Assembly: GCA_964035545.1 (NCBI GenBank)
Contig: OZ037770.1
Location: 8,190,973-8,254,972, forward strand
Source of the DNA: Bugula neritina
Lineage: Eukaryota > Animalia > Bryozoa
Direction of reading: 5' to 3'
DNA length: 64,000 nucleotides
Shown here: positions 27,501 to 42,500 of the stretch, one piece after another
Position numbering within the stretch: position 1 is the first letter of the stretch
Layout: each line of letters opens with the position of its first letter
Translations under genes and position numbers: made by a program
Notes under the pieces: model-generated
The model's database searches: none
Seen by the model: only the letters and a program-made list of their open reading frames with translations
Told to the model about the DNA's origin: nothing

Positions 27501-30500
27501 AAACACTGAATGTGTAAGTGGTAAAAGCGGACAGCTTAGTTACAGTGTAGGATATTGAAGAGAAATCTGCTGACTTTAGTATTACATCATCCAGTCTATT
27601 GGTACATTGTACAACCTTTTCATCTATTGCCGCCGTGTAGTTGTGTTCTCTTCTCTGTAACAACACAATATTTGATTACCTCACTGTGTTGTGAGTACAA
27701 GTGACACTCTACACAGGAAGGAACTGTTACTCACTGGACAGTCTTCACAGGAAATGAGAGTAGAGCTGACACAAGTATTATTAGAGAGTAGTTTTGTCTG
27801 AATCACATAAGCTACTACTACTCCGTTCTCTTGTACCGGTTTATTCCAAGTTAACGTGACGCTAGAGCTGGTGGCTCCAGTTGCTGTGAGGTTTGCTACT
27901 GGACCAGGTTGTGTGATAGAGTAAATATAATACATACATCAGAAAGTATAACAAACACTATCAATATCATATAGTGAGCTATGTGAATAGAGGAGTAAAT
28001 TCAACATTTTAAAAACATGATATAGTAATTCAAGTGTATAATAGTAAACTAACACAACTAAATACAGAGCTAAAGACACTTGATAGAGTATATTTATGTT
28101 GTGGTAGAAGTGAACATACTATCTTCATCAGTTGTAACATCTACTCTCTCTGTATAATTACTATACTTGTAGAAGCCAGGTCTCTCTACATCTGCAGCTT
28201 GAGCTCTAACAGTGAAACTGTATGAAGTATCTGGACTTAGTGAAGAGTACTCTTTGAATGTGGTGCTACCAGAAACTGTATCTGTTAAAGTAAAGACCAC
28301 CTCATGTTACCAGATAGATATATAATACACAATATGTATCAGACTAGGTGACTCTCACAGCTATATATAAGTAGTCTAGTGTCATATACAACATGTATGA
28401 CTATTGACAGGGTGTACCTATACCCTCACCTGTGATATTCCTTTCTGGTGTAAAGAGCACAGTCTCAAATCCATCTCTTCTACCAGTTCCTAAACTCCAA
28501 GTGTAATTCAGCATACTGCTTCCTGGAGGAATTTTGACCTGAACTGATTCTGGTATAGTAGGAGCTGCAAAGGAAAATGAAGAAATGCAGGTAAAAGGAA
28601 TTATTTGTGTCTAGCAGGACGAAGGGGGGTGGTAGTAAGAGTTCACAGTTAAATTTGAAGTGTTTGTGTAATTTAAAAATGAATTATGAAGAATAGATAA
28701 CTTTAAATAGGTTAACACTGGCTTCTCATAAAAACAAATAACATACACAAAGCTAATGAGAGAATCGAGACTATTTACAAATCTCAATATAGGCCTACAA
28801 GGAAAAATAGTAGCTACATATACAAATACTAATGAAACTTTAAACTGCATTATTCTGTAATGTTATAATGTAATACAGATCTAAAAAAGAATTTTATATT
28901 CACAAGCATATAGTATGTAGATGTAATCAGACAAGAGCCACTTAGTAATAATAAAATGAGAAAGTTTGCAAAAGTAAATTTATTATAGCGCTAATAACGG
29001 ATGTATTAAATTGTTAGGAGTGCAAATGGTGATCACTGCAAAAACTGCAAAAACAGGGAGCCAGTCATAGTGAAATACAAACTTATCTACAATTTTCTTC
29101 AAAATAAAAACAGGCTTTCAAGAAAAATAGAACAACTAGTACCAACTTTAATGGTCAAAAACAAACACATTTTAAATGCTGACAACCTAGAGCTGGCTCA
29201 AGGTCATGGCAAGTCAAGTCAACTGTTAACCAAGTTAAGTTAAAAACAGCAGAACCTGAGCTGACTTGAATTAGTTTGAATAGATTTGCAAGAAACAACT
29301 CCAATTATGCACATATTACAAAGGGTGCTGGGTTATTACATGAAATTAGCATTGGAAAAATATCACTATTTTGGTTCTAGCCATTTTAGAATCAACATTT
29401 ATCAATCAATAAAAAATAAAACCAAAACAACTACCATAAATTAGAATATATCAAGTCTGTTTTTCATGTAAAAACCATTAAAATACTTATGATAAACTTG
29501 AAAAATAAAACTAAGAAATTTGGGACTTTGACCGGCTTAAAGTCTGAGCAACAAAACATTGAATATGATATCATTATTATGAATAGTACAGGATGTAAAT
29601 ACAAGACATGTGGACACGACTCACCAACTGCGTATTTAACCTCATTACTTTGTGGACTCCTTTTACCCGTAGAGGAAACAGATTTAACAACAAATGTGTA
29701 TTCGTGTCCTTCTGTGAGGTTGTCTATTATTAAGGGGCCAGTGGTATTTCCAGTGGTATTAACACTTGTAAGTTTATTATCAGACTAAAACATATTATAA
29801 CTTTACTTAGAATGTATTGACGAGATAATATTATCTGTCACAGCTTTTAATAAATCAATAGCCTACAGTAAGAAACACACAAATAACAGCTGCCAACGAA
29901 TCTGAAATGAAACTGAATAACAAGTTAAACATTACTATCTCATGTGAGTGTACAGAGACTTACACCTGTGTAGCTGACTTTATAATAACCAATATCAGCC
30001 ATTCCTGGAGGTTCATCCCATTTCAGAGTAACTGAAGTGTCTCTACGTTCTGTTATCATAACATTCCCGGGAGATGATAGACCTGAACATTTGTAATTGG
30101 AATTATAATCTATACGAATAGTTAAAATATGACTATGTAAGTGTTGAAATAAAGGAATATAGTAATACTGTGGTATAGGATATGGTACAGCACACAAGAA
30201 GCTACCTGGCTCAACTTCATTGAAGTCCACCCATCCACTCTGTACAGAGCTAGATGCAGTGTTCACATAAGCTTGTATAGAGACAGTATAGACTCTTCCT
30301 CTAGTAGCACCTTGCAGAGTGTAAGTTCTCACTGTGTTATCTGGAATATCTAGAGGGGAGCTCCTATCACCACACAACCCTGTGTAACAGAATATCATAC
30401 AGAATACAGCCATAACAGTCTGTAACATCACAGAGATCCACAGCATGTAGTAAACATACATTCCCCTTTCTAAGAAGTGTTTTAACTGAAAATATGACAT

Positions 30501-33500
30501 AACCATGTGAGGTACATGAGCAGCAACAACATAATAGAATGACTGGTATGCAAGCAGCAACTACGTTACATGCTGATGGTTTATTTGTAAGTTTCTATTT
30601 GTAAGTGTGGAGCTATATTACTAGAGAGGGGAAATTATCAAATTATTACCTAAACCCCTAATAGATAATCCCTTCCTAGTTCATAACATCTGATGAAAGT
30701 GTAGACAATAAATAATCTTACCTACAGCTGGGATACAGCTTAACCTGAATCCACTGACAACATGTGGATTGTTATATGTCCATTCTAGAATGATGTTTGT
30801 ACCTGAGGGGTTTGCTCTGGTTGGAACTACATCTGCAGGAACTATTGGAGCAGAAGGAAAAGACAATATACATCTGTGCTAAGATTTTTGTATATAGTAA
30901 AAAAAACTCATGCAAGTTTATAGTTCTTGTGAGAAATCCATGATGGAAAGGGTTTTTGTTGAAGGACTTATTTAAATGAGGCACAAGAGCATTATGACTG
31001 GATGCTCCTCCTAACATCACCAATGGCCTGTGTCCAGACTAGAACCCATGACCCCGTGTTCACTATGCAAACGCTCTAACCCCTAGACCTCGGCTGCTCC
31101 CTTCTGTATAGTATATTATAGTAGTTGATGGTAAATTTGTTAGAACATATTTTTTAGTATATAGTAAGTTAGGACTGATCAACATTTTGGTGTACACTGA
31201 ACAGTAGGCCAAGTAATGACAATCAATCTATAAACAATTAAATGTCTACGATCAAATTATTTTATATCTTAAAATTACAGGATCAGCAACATGGAATTTA
31301 AAAAATCTAAAAACAAGTCCAACGGTCATGAGAGAGTTTTCAGCGAATTTCACAAGAGAAAAATTGTGCCATGTGCTACGGGCATACTTAAAGTATTCTG
31401 TCGAAGCGGAAAATGGTGCAATAGAAAATACCATCTAGTTTGATAGCTAGAGTAATAGTAATGTCATACTTATACCGACTAGTGCAGAGATTAAAACAGG
31501 CAGTAAGCATTAGAAACTCATAAAGCAGAAGCTGAGAAAGCGTTTTGTGAAGCTGTCTAAAGCCTCCAACAGATACTAGTATGCAGTGTATGGAATATGG
31601 TAAGTGAATCAATACAAGGACATACCCATAGTTAGCTCAGTACTATTCTCTGGTGTGGAAGGTACATTATTACTGATTACAGCTACAGTAAATATGTATG
31701 TTTCTCCAGGAGTCAAGTTATTTATAGTAACAGAACTACCGCTTCCATGAGGTACATCTTCCACAGAAGGAGAAGGAGGGGAACATGGAGAGTTACAGTT
31801 AATTTCTACTCTTACAGAATCCCACACAGTGTTAGGATTACTCCATGTTATAATAGCAGTGTTTGTACCAACAGGTGGGGATAACTCTGCTGTTACATTA
31901 GTCACAGGGGAAGGAGCTACAGAGAAAAGAAAATACAACACACTAACTACAAGCTACAAACACAGCACTACAAACATGTTAGAGTAGCAGTTAGAAGAAG
32001 CTCAAGTGAACACTATACAAAGCCTAGAAGATATTTGCAGAGGAAAATACTACCTCTAAGGAGATGAAATGCTAATTTGTACAATTTCTATGACAACAGC
32101 ATAGCGTTAAGTAAAACTCTAAAGCGAAGCGAAGTAAAAGGAAACGTTTAAAACAGCTGTGAGATTGACCATGTTGTCAGTCATAAATTATCAAAACGTA
32201 ATTTGAGTAATTTAAGTTCTAAAAGAATTTTTTTTACAAACTACAGGCTAAAATCTCCAAAAACAATAGTCTTTTGTTTAAAACATGTGCTTTACTACAG
32301 ATTTGTTCAACTTTTTCTAATACATTAGGGACTTCCAACTAATTAGTTGGGTGGTTGAAGAAAAGGCAGACAACTGAGTGTTATGGCTATTGGCTACATG
32401 CAGATGAGCAATGAGTGACTTATTACATGGTATTTGTTTTAAATATCTGGTTCAACTTAATTAAAGTTTAATGTACACCAAGTCTGTTACTTAAAACTAG
32501 CAAAGCCAAGGGTTAGGTTGAAAGAGGCTAAAGGACATACCCATAGTTAGCTCAGTACTATTCTCTGGTGTGGAAGGTACATTATTACTGATTACAGTTA
32601 CAGTAAATATGTACGTTTCTCCAGGAGTCAAGTTATTTATAGTAACAGAACTACCACTTCCATGAGGTACATCTTCCACAGAAGAAGAAGGAGGGGAACA
32701 TGGAGAGTTATATTACGAACTGTTTTACAAGTGACTGTCAACTAAAGTTAGAATGATTGAGGAGAAGGGAGACTGTAGAGTGAAATGTAGATACTAATCT
32801 TGGGAAACACTCAGCCCAGTTTATAGACAGTGAGTGATGTATTAAGTAGTATCTATTTTTAATTACTTGAAGTTTAATGTACACTAAATTAGTTACTAAA
32901 AAGAACAAAGGCCAAGGGTTAGGTTGAAAGAGGCTAAAGGACATACCCATAGTTAGCTCAGTACTATTCTCTGGTGTGGAAGGTAAATTATTACTGATTA
33001 CAGTTACAGTAAATGTGTACGTTTCTCAAGGAGTCAAGTTATTTATAGTAACAGAACTACCACTTCCACGAGGTACATCTTCCACAGAAGGAGGGGAACA
33101 TGGAGAGCTACATTTAACTTTTACTCTTACAGAATCCCACACAGTGTTAGGATTAGGATTACTCCATGTTATAATAGCAGTGTTTGTACTACAAGGTGGA
33201 GATAACTCTGCTGTTACATTAGTCACAGGGGAAGGAGCTACGGAGGAAAGAGAATACAACACACCCACTACAAACTACCAACACAGCATTATAAACATGT
33301 TAGAATTTTAGCAGTTAGAAGAAGCTGAAGTGTACATTATATAAAACCTTGCATAAACTTGCATTCACACTAGTTTATAGTTGCCATTCCTGTTAGAAAA
33401 TTTTGATAAAAAGGTTTTTAGTATGTGTACGGCCACACGACGCGTTTTACTTGTTCAAGAATATGCGCTAGTGCGTGTGTTGCCAATGCAAAAAAAATTA

Positions 33501-36500
33501 TTACCCATTGATGTTGGCATTAAACTTTACTGCTTGCCTACAGGTGTTTGTTTTTAAAACTACGTCATCGGCAAAGTGATTTGGATATTATAAAAGTGGA
33601 AATACAAACTATATAAAACTGCTTTAATTCAGCTTGCCAGAAGTTTAATCACAAATTAAAATAAAAAAGTGTGCTCGCTAAATATTACATGATAATGAGC
33701 TAATTAGATCAAACACGCACAAGTGTGCCGCTGAGCTCGCTCAGCGGCACACTTGTGCTAGCCATACAATTGGTCCATTTGAGATTTTATATGAATAAAC
33801 TTCTGGCAACTTGAACCCAGCTGATGACTATAGTCAGTGGAATGTGATTCAGAGTGTACCTTACAGAGTCTCAACATATGAATATCATTTACCAACTGCT
33901 GTCTATGCACAGTATGTAGCTGTTATAGAGAAAGAAGATCCTCTACAACCTGAATACGGACAGAGCTAGACGCAAGTGAAAATCCCGCTCATGACGTCCA
34001 ATTTTTGGGCTAAACGTGATTTCTCGCACGCCATGCGTGTGTTAAATGCGTCGTGTGGCCCTACACTAAATCAGGCTAAGGACTTATTCAGATCAGGCAC
34101 AGAAGCAATTATGACTGGATGCTCTTCCTTACATCACCAATAGCCTTTGCCGAAGTTCAAACCCATGACTTCGTATTTACTAAGCAAAAGTTCTAACCCC
34201 TTGACCACGGCTGCTACTCAGAATAAGCTTGCACAATAAAATAATATAATCTTAGATGGGCTGAAATACTAGGCTGTAATATTCCCATAAAAACCACATA
34301 GCGTTAGACTCTAAAATAGAGTAAAACAACAGGAAACGTTAAAATTAATTGCGAGCATTTGCCTTATTTTACCATTCAAAAATTTAGCTGCAGTAAAAGA
34401 GAAACTTCAATAGCCTAAAATCTCTGGCTATCTTTTTGCACAGAGTGCGAGCTAAAATCTCAAAAATCACAGTTTACTTTGTTCAAAACATGAGCTTTGC
34501 ACAATTTTGTTCAATCAGTTACCTATGTAATTTGGTCACACCAGCTCAACCTGTTTTATCAGTTACTGTGAACCAAAGTTAGAATAACTGAAGAGAAAGG
34601 AGACAGCTGGGTGAGATGTAAATACTAATCTTGAAAACACTCAACACATTTTATAAACAGTGAGTGATCTATTATATATGGTATGAATTCCAACTTTCCT
34701 TTTTCACCTAATTCAAGTTCATTGTACACTAAACTAGTAACTAAAAAGGAACAAAGGCCAAGGGTTAAGTAGAAAGAGGCTAAAGAACATACCCATAGTT
34801 AGCTCAGCACTATTCTCTGGTGTGGAAGGTACATTATTACTGATTACAGTTACAGTAAATATGTACGTTTCTCCAGGAGTCAACTTATTTATAGTAACAG
34901 AACTACCACTTGCACGAGGTACATCTTTCACAGAAGAAGGGGAACATGGAGAGCTACATGTAACTTCTACTCTTACAGAATCCCACACAGTGTTAGGATT
35001 ACTCCATGTTATAATAGCAGTGTTTGTACTATCAGGTGGGGATAACTCTGCTGTTACATTAGTCACAGGGGAAGGAGCTACAAAATGAAAAAACTCCTAA
35101 CATGAACATTAGAGTCAAAAGCTATATTTGCAATAAAATATAATATTCAGTTGCAATATCATCTTATAGAGCCAAACAAAATTCTGTGTATTGCACACAG
35201 AAAGTTACCTAATTTAACTGTGTCAAACTCCACCCATCCACTCTGTACAAAACCAGAAGTAGTGATCACATAAGCTTGTATAGACACATTATAGTCTTGT
35301 CCTGGAGTAGCACCTTGCAGAGTGTAAGTTCTCACTGTATTGTCTGGAATATCTAGAGGGGAGCTCCTATCACCACACAACCCTGTATAATATAAAATTA
35401 GAGGTAAAAATGTAATACATAGCTAAATAAACACATACAGCCTTCAATGAAGAGAAACATGCATAGAAGATTAGGAGTTATATTATCTGGCAACAGAAGT
35501 TGAATTTCTATATAATATACAAAGATAAGCCCCAGATTAAAACTAAAATCTTATCTAAAATGGCACAAAATACTAGATGTGATGATTGAGTGCTGATTCT
35601 ACATAAGAAATAACTGACCTAAGTTAAAGTGTTATTAAGACAAGCAGTTAGAGTAATCTAGTAATAAACTAGTGATGTCATATCTTGTATATGTGAACAC
35701 TACCCTAGACACTGATCATTGGTCATGACATCCACTAAGTTTAAACACAAATCAAGAAACTATCTCCAATGCAATTATATGTTTAAGCCAATCTCCAGGA
35801 CTTGTATTGTTTATATTATTGCAGGAAATAAACTAGGCACCCCTTACTTTTCTTATTGATCATATGCTATACATGCTATTTTATAAATAATCACATTTTA
35901 CTATTTTGCCAACTTTTGGAAAGATTAATTACTTTTTAAGTTTTGGTTTGGTTGGGACTCAACTTGAACAATAAAATTTTCCAGATTTAAATAGGAAAAA
36001 CTAAATCTGCAGGAATCACTTTCGATAGCTTCAAGCACATTCTCATATAAACTTTTAACTTCTTAACCACTCACTATAACTATAATATTAGTTATTGTCA
36101 GTTCAGTATTGAGTATTGAATGTGGGTGTTTTAAAATATGTGGGTATTGTGAGTACAAATACATTCTTATTTTATTAGAATATAGTGTAATTTTTTGTTT
36201 TATTTCATTATAAAAATATATATACCTTAAATTTAAAATTCTCCCTGCTACTTACACTTTAATTAAGAATATTTTATCAGGTAAAGAGGCTGGCACTAAG
36301 ACCTTAATAAACCTACTACAAAATTGAGCAACTTAACAAAGAAACAGATGGAGAGTTATCTTCTCTACAGAAGCATATCTAAAGTGTTACGACGATGCCA
36401 ACTGAATACTTTACTTATCAGAGAATCAATATCACTGCATTTCAATTGCTTCAATTGGATCCATACAAATGCTACCATGGCTGGAGTCGTGGTTGCATTT

Positions 36501-39500
36501 TGCAATAACTTATGGTTTTGGTTTCATTAGATGCAACTGTTCCCAAATATTGAGTGAAATATCTACTGGAATAATAGAGAGAGACGCAATAAGAAAGCAG
36601 TTTATATGTAGTCTGCAGTGTTTATATACAGTAAAATAATAATTAGTATCATTGGCAAGTCGCATGCAAAGCTTACTTAGGATCACTTCTGATTAGCTCA
36701 AGTTTATAGCATTAGTTTGAGAACTAAACTAATAGACAGGAGAATATACAAACTTTCATTCACTAAACCCCTGACAGATAATACAAACTCCTTCCTTCTT
36801 ATTAACATCTGGGGAAAGTGTAGACAATAAATAATCTTACCTACAGCTGGGATACAGCTTAACCTGAATCCACTGACAACATGTGTACCATCATATGTCC
36901 ATTCTAGATTGATGTTTGTACCTGAGGGGTTTGCTCTGGTTGGAACTACATCTGCAGGAACTATTAGAACAGGGAAAATAAAAATATATTCTAAATTTAT
37001 GATAGATATTTTTCTCTTATAAATGCTTAAATGGAACATTACAATGTACTATTTGGTAATATAAAAAGCTCAATATTTACATATCCTTTTATATAGTATA
37101 AGTATAACTATAATTTGTGATAAATAAAACAGAAAGAGGCATTTACCCATAGTTAGCTCAGCACTGTTCTCTGGTGTGGAAGGTACATTATTACTGATTA
37201 CAGTTACAGTAAATATGTACATTTCTCCAGGAGTCAAGTTATTTATAGTAACAGAACTACCACTTCCGCGAGGTACATCTTCCACAGAAGGAGAAGGAAG
37301 GGAACATGGAGAGTTACATTTAACTTCTACTCTTACAGAATCCCACACAGTGTTAGGATTACTCCATGTTATAATAGCAGTGTTTGTACTATCAGGTGGG
37401 GATAACTCTGCTGTTACATTAGTCACAGGGGAAGGAGCTACAAAATGAAAAAACTCCTAACATGAACATTAGAGTCAAAAGCTATATTTGCAATAAAATA
37501 TAATATTCAGTTGTAATATTATCTTATAGAGCCAAACAAAATGCTGTGTATTACACACAGAAAGTTACCTAATTTAACTGTGTCAAACTCCACCCAACCA
37601 CTCTGTACAGAGACAGAAGTAGTGTTCACATAAGCTTGTATAGAGACAGTATAGTCCTGTCCTGGAGTAGCACCTTGCAGAGTGTAAGTTCTCACTGTGT
37701 TATCTGGAATATCTAGAGGGGAGCTCCTATCACCACACATCCCTGTGTAATATGAAAATAGAGTTAAAAATGTAATAAATAGCTAAATAGACACGTACGG
37801 CCTTCAATGAAGAGAAACATGCATAGAAGATTAGGAGTTATATTATCTGGCAACAGAAGTTGAATTTCTATATAATATACAAAGATAAATCCTAGATTAA
37901 AACTAAAATATTATCTACAATTGCACAAAACACTAAATGTGATGATTGAGTGCTGATTCTACATAAGAATTAACTAACCTAGGTTAAAGTGTTATTAGCA
38001 CAAGCAGGTAGAGTAATATAATAATAAACTAGTGAGGTCATATCCTGTATATATGAACACTACCCTAGACACTGATCATTGGTCATAACATTCACTCGGT
38101 TTAAATACACATCAAGAAATTATTTTCAATGCTATTTATATGTTTAAGTCAATATTCAGGACTCGCATTGTTTATATTATTGCAGAAGATAAACTAGGCA
38201 CCCTTTCCCTTTTTTATTTATCATATGCTATACATGCGATTTTATAAATAATCACATTTTACTATTTTGCCAACTTTTGAAAAGATGGATTACTTTTTAA
38301 GTTTCAGTTTGGTTGGGACTCAACTTGAACAATAAAATTCCCTAGATTTAAATAGGAAAAACTAAATCTAGAAGAATCACTTTTGATAGCTTCAAGCACA
38401 TTCTCATATAAACTTTTAACTTTTTAACCACTTGCTATAAATATAATATTAGTTGTCAGTTCAGTATTGAGTAATGAATGTGGGTGTTTTAAAATATGTG
38501 GGTATTGAGATTACAAACAAATTCTTATTTTATTAGACTATATCGCTATTTTATTTTATTTAATTATAAAAATATATATACTTTTTATTTAAAATTCTCT
38601 CTGCTACTTACACTTTAATTAAGAATATTTCGCCAAGTAGAGAGACTGACACTAAGAACTCAATAAACCCACTACAAAAGTGAGTGATTTAACAAAGAGG
38701 CAGAAGCAGAGTTATCTTCCCTACACAAGCATATCTCAAGTTTTACAACTATGCCAACTGAATACTTTACTTATCAGAGAACCAATATTACTGCATTTCC
38801 ATTGCTTCAATTGGATCCATACGAAAGCTAGCATAGATGGAGTTGTGGTTGAGTTTTGCAATAACCTATGATTTTCGTTTTATTAGATGCAACTTTTCCC
38901 AAATATTGAGTGAAAAATCTATTGGAATAATAGAGAGAGACGCAATAGGAAAGCAGTTTATATGTAGTCTGCAGTGTTTATATACAGTAAAATAATAATA
39001 ATTAGTATCATTGGCAAATTGTATGCAAAGCTTACTTGAGGTCACTTCCGATTAGCCCAAGTTTATAGCATTAGTTTGAGTACTAAACTAATGGACAGGA
39101 GAATATACAAATTTTCATTTACTAAACCACTGAGAGATAATATAAACCCCATCCTAGTTAATAACGTCTGATGAAAGTGTAGACAATAAATAATCTTACC
39201 TACAGCTGGGATACAGCTCAACCTGAATCCACTGACAACATGTGTATCATTATATGTCCATTCTAGATTGATGTTTGTACCTGAGGGGTTTGCTCTAATT
39301 GGAACTACATCTGATGGAACTATTAGAGCAGGGAAAATAAAAACATATTATAAATTTATAAGATATATTTTTCTCTTATAAATCCTTAAATGGAACATTA
39401 CAATGTACTATTTGGTAGTATAAAAAGCTCAATATTTATATATCCCTTTATATAGTATTAGTATAACTATAATTTGTGATAAATAAAACAGAAAAAGGCA

Positions 39501-42500
39501 CATACCCATAGTTAGCTCAGTACTATTCTCTGGTGTGGAAGGTACATTATTACTGATTACAGTTACAGTAAATATGTATGTTTCTCCAGGAGTCAAGTTA
39601 TTTATAGTAACAGAACTACCACTTCCATGAGGTACATCTTCCACAGAAGGAGGGGAACATGGAGAGTTACATTTAACTTCTACTCTTACAGAATCCCACA
39701 CAGTATTAGGATTCCTCCATGTTATAATAGCAGTGTTTGTACTACCAGGTGGGGATAACTCTGCTGTTATATTAGTCACAGGGGAAGGAGCTACAGAGGA
39801 AATGGATAACACACCCTAACACATAGGAATACAAACACCACAGAAGAGAGTCAGCAGGTGCACACCAGTTAGAAAATCATTATATGATTATAAAGAAGCA
39901 TGTAATAATGTTTTGGGTGCCTCACAATTACAAAGAAAGAAACTGATAATATATGACTTTGAACTGTTTAGGTGAAGTTATCTTCTTTATTTGCTACATA
40001 CAACATTTAATGTAACAACACGACTATCACTTGTTATTAAGTTAAAGCCAGATAGGGTGGTGGTAAAGATTAGATAAATAAAAGTGACTTAGCTTTATGT
40101 AGCTGACATATGGTCGGATGAAGAAATATTCCACAAGAGGAGATAATTTCAGTTTTCCGACTCATATTAGCAACAGTTATAAAAATTATTATTAAATTTT
40201 ACACCACAACATAAAGCAATGTGCAACTGTAAATACCAGAGAAGTGTGAATTAAACAAACCACAATCAAGGCAGGAATTGATGCAATGTCTAAGAAAGTC
40301 AACAGATGTGTTTAAACAAACTTTAATTGCTTTAGTAAAACTAATTGATATAGGTAATATATTGCATGTCATTTGAAAAAAATCTCCAACCTAATATGTT
40401 GCTGCCGAATAAGCTAGGAACTCTCCGTATGAAGCATGTGTTACATTGATAATAATACATACACAGTTATGTTGGTATCATGTAACAAACCTGCATTGAA
40501 TGTCACATTATTACTTTCCACACCATCATCTCCTAAGGTAGAGTTCATATAGTTGAATGCCAGCACCCTGACAGTGTACTCAGCTCCGGGTGTGGGCAGG
40601 GAGATAGTTTGAGGAGAAGTCTGAGTTCTTGTATCAAGACTGTCTTTAAACATAGCTGAGGTTCCATCGCTATACTGAACCTGGAAGAAGGGAGGGAGTC
40701 ATATATTCTGATATAAAACGCATTAGGAGATCACTGTGCAGTTTGAAAACCAAAGATATTTTCAGCTGGTTATGCTATAATAATTAAACTTTCCATCCAT
40801 CAAGATAAATATCTTAGAAGAGAAGCATGTGTTAGACATAATCTCTGTATACATGGCCATACGATGTAGACATGGAGTTGTGTTACTCACCATGTAGTAA
40901 ACATCTGCTTCTGTAGTCCAAGATACAGTGATGGAGTCTGTTTGTGGGTTTGAGACACTTACATCAGTTGCAGCATCTACAAACAGAAATACTTTACTAT
41001 AAAGCTACAACTTTGCTAACCAATATGTTGGTGTGTTATGTACTTGTAACAGTATGAGTACATGTGTACTTGTAACAGTATGAGTTCATGCATACTTGTA
41101 ACAGTATGAGTACATGAGTATATACTGTAGGCTATTGTACTATACACACAACATACCATACTACACTATACAATACAGTATATGCGATACTATACTTTAC
41201 TGTACTACACTGCACTGTGCTATACAATAAAGTTATGGCCTTGAAACTTGTAAGTGTGGACTTGCTTTCATATAGATATAATACTATCCCTAACTGCATT
41301 ATACTTTATCACAATGTATTATACCACTTTATTGCAATATATTCTATTTTATTCTATTCTATTACACTATATATACTATGCCTAACTGCACTATACTCTA
41401 TCATAATATGTTACATGTATGCCATATCACAATATATTATACTAACTTGGCATCAAAAATACAGGTTACACTTATTTACATTGGAACACTCACTGGGTGG
41501 TGCCAAGGTAGTAGTGGTGGTGGTAGTGCTGGTTGACTGTGCGGATGATGAATAATTCAGAGTTACACACAGAACAATCTGTAAATATAACGCTCAACAT
41601 CTTTATATATTCATACACTATATTTTACTACATCTAAAAAAAGAAAACTAAAAAGAAGCATGTTAAGATAACTCTGAATAACATTCTATAACTCCTTTCA
41701 TCAAATAGCACTTTACAAAAGATATCAAAGTCTTAAACACTAGTAAAATAAGTGATAGTTATATCCACATAATTGTATATGTCGGATATGTGTATAGGAA
41801 ATGCAGAAAATTCAAACACTGAATTCAAATAGCTTTTTTAGAGATGATAGTGTTAAGATTTTCAGATTTAGGGTTGATGTGCCACCAAGAGAGTCTATTT
41901 ATCACTCGAGAAACTGCACCGAGTTAAGTCGAGTAGATATCGTTATATTTTAATACAAGAATACATAATAAAATCTAATGTACAACAGTAATGATACGCA
42001 CGTCTATTTAATTTACAGCACTATCCTCAACTGAGCTAGTAGCGCGAAGCTGCTACTATTATTCATAAAACAGCCTAGCTAATTGGCTAATACATTGTTC
42101 CGGGTCAATACGCAACCTTGCGTATTGTGTTGCTGGTAGCTCCACGAGCCACCACACTGCCCCCTCCAGCAGAAAGCCCTCTTTCTGATAAAAATAAAAT
42201 TCACATAAAAAAACGTATACTTTGTTGTGGGGGGGTAAGAGAACAGTATGAAAGTATATAAAAAAAAACAACAACTGATAAAATATACAGGTATATATAA
42301 CGTGCACAATATGTAATAAGTAAGAGAAGGTCCTATCTACATGTAGAGTACGTGCCACCATAACGGTAGGGAATGCCACAGAGAGGTAGGGAAAGAGTAG
42401 TATGGAGTTGGAGATAGACTCAAGTTAACTGCGAGCCGCACGCTTCATGCGTTTAATAGACTCCTGTAAATATTTGAGTTCACTGGATGCAGCCTGCACC

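Noticed and set aside
42059-42379. Possible fourth Gypsy ORF
   Set aside because: Runs through the T-rich 3' UTR into the LTR; low complexity, no motifs
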